Made by a program: the position numbers and the translations under genes. Shown here piece after piece: positions 15,602 to 16,902 of a DNA stretch of 16,902 nt. The stretch covers positions 1 to 16,902 of the forward strand of contig NW_021824967.1 in the NCBI RefSeq assembly GCF_006345805.1, read 5' to 3'. Below the pieces are notes generated by a model. The model saw nothing but the letters and a program-made list of their open reading frames with translations, did no database searches and was not told the DNA's origin. Source of the stretch: Octopus sinensis. Its lineage: Eukaryota. The stretch's first letter is position 1. Every line of letters starts with the position of its first letter.

Positions 15602-16902
15602 GGCGGGTGAGATGGCGGGTGAATGGTTAAGCACGCCGGGCGAAATGCGTGGTCGTATTATTTCGTCTGCTGTTAGGTTCTGGGTTCGAATTCCGCCGAG
15701 GTCGACTTTGCCTTTCATCCTTTCGGGGGTCGATTAATTAAGTACCTTTTTCTTTAAGTAGCTATTTCTTTATTACCCACAAGGGGCTAAACACAGAGGA
15801 GACAAACAAGGACAGACATAGGTATTAAGTCGATTACATCGACCCCATTGCGTAACTGGTACTTATTTAATCGACCCCGAAGGATGAAAGGCAAAGTCGA
15901 CCTCGGCGGGATTTGAACTCAGAACGTAACTGCAGAAGAAATACCTATTTCTTTGTTACCCACAAGGGGCTAAACACAGAGGGGACAAACAAGGACAGAC
16001 ATAGGTATTAAGTCGATTACATCGACCCAAGTGCGTGACTGGTACTTAATTTATCGACCCCGAAAGGATGAAAGGCAAAGTCGACCTCGGCGGAATTTGA
16101 ACTCAGAACATAAAGACAGACGAAATACCTATTTCTTTATTACCCACAAGGGGCTAAACACAGAGGGGACAAACAAGGACAGACAAAGGGATTAAGTCGA
16201 TTATATCGACCCCAGTGCGTAACTGGTACTTAATTTATCGGCGAGCTGGCAGAAACGTTAGCACTCCGGGCGAAATGCTTAGCAGTATTTCGTCTGCTGT
16301 TACGTTCTGAGTTCAAATTCCGCCGAGGTCGACTTTGCCTTTCATCCTTTCGGGGTCGATTAATTAAGTACCTATTTCTTTATTACCCATAAGGGGCTAA
16401 ACACAGAGGGGACAAACAAGGACAGACATAGGTATTAAGTCGATTATATCATCGACCCCAGTGCGTAACTGGTACTTAATTTATCGACCCCGAAAGGATG
16501 AAAGGAAAAGTCCACCTCGGCAGAATTTGAACTCAGAACATAACCACAGAAGGGGCTAAACACAGAGAGGACAAACAAGGACAGACAAAGAGATTAAGTC
16601 GACTACATCGACCCAGGACGCAACTGGTACTTAATTTATCGGCGAGATGGCAGAACCGTTAAGCACGCCGGGCGAAATGCGTGGCCGTATTTCGTCTGCA
16701 GTTACGTTCTGAGTTCGAATTCCGCCGAGGTCGACTTTGCCTTTCATCCTTTCGGGGTCGATAAATTAAGCACCAGTTACGCACTGGGGTCGATGTAGTC
16801 TGTCCTTGTTTGTCCCCTCTGTGTTTAGCCCCTTATGGGTAGTAAAGAATAGGCATTTCGTCTGTCGCTACGTTCTGAGTTCAAATTCCGCCGAGGTCGA
16901 CT
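15602..16902. mobile_element. SINE family A cluster with alternating orientations
   Basis: Plus-strand pieces at 15602-15746, 16240-16372 and 16641-end. Minus-strand tandem bodies at 15762-16239 (starts 15771, 15954, 16138) and 16373-16640. Confidence 0.85.

Noticed and set aside
15612-15737. Divergent 41-aa ORF starting at gagATGGCG, mirroring the ANKFY1 start
   Set aside because: It lies entirely inside a SINE 5' half with no splice or homology support.

Overview
Eukaryotic, repeat-saturated genomic DNA, very probably from an octopus. That assignment rests on my recollection of the SINE repertoire and needs a database check. The backbone is the 5' part of an ANKFY1 (Rabankyrin-5) orthologue on the minus strand. 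Seven coding exons (15502-15511, 11589-11784, 9654-9775, 7403-7538, 3993-4116, 1876-2025, 265-430) have canonical GT-AG junctions and phases 1,2,1,2,0,0,1. They splice into one open frame of 301 codons: MAEGEVSKLQNHL..., coiled coil, BTB/BACK region, then the first ankyrin repeats. The gene continues beyond position 1. The introns are packed with at least four SINE-like families (several as tandem, inverted or nested arrays), two copies of a MITE with 8-bp TSDs and internal telomeric repeats, a non-autonomous Helitron array, a 5'-truncated RTE LINE, and micro/minisatellites. The most striking signal is six minimal type I hammerhead-ribozyme motifs from three unrelated Penelope-like families. 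Four lie in two foldback palindromes, where an antisense copy is always transcribed before the ribozyme, and two form a tandem pair. Each family has a copy in the sense of the ANKFY1 pre-mRNA. Ribozyme activity is predicted, not shown.
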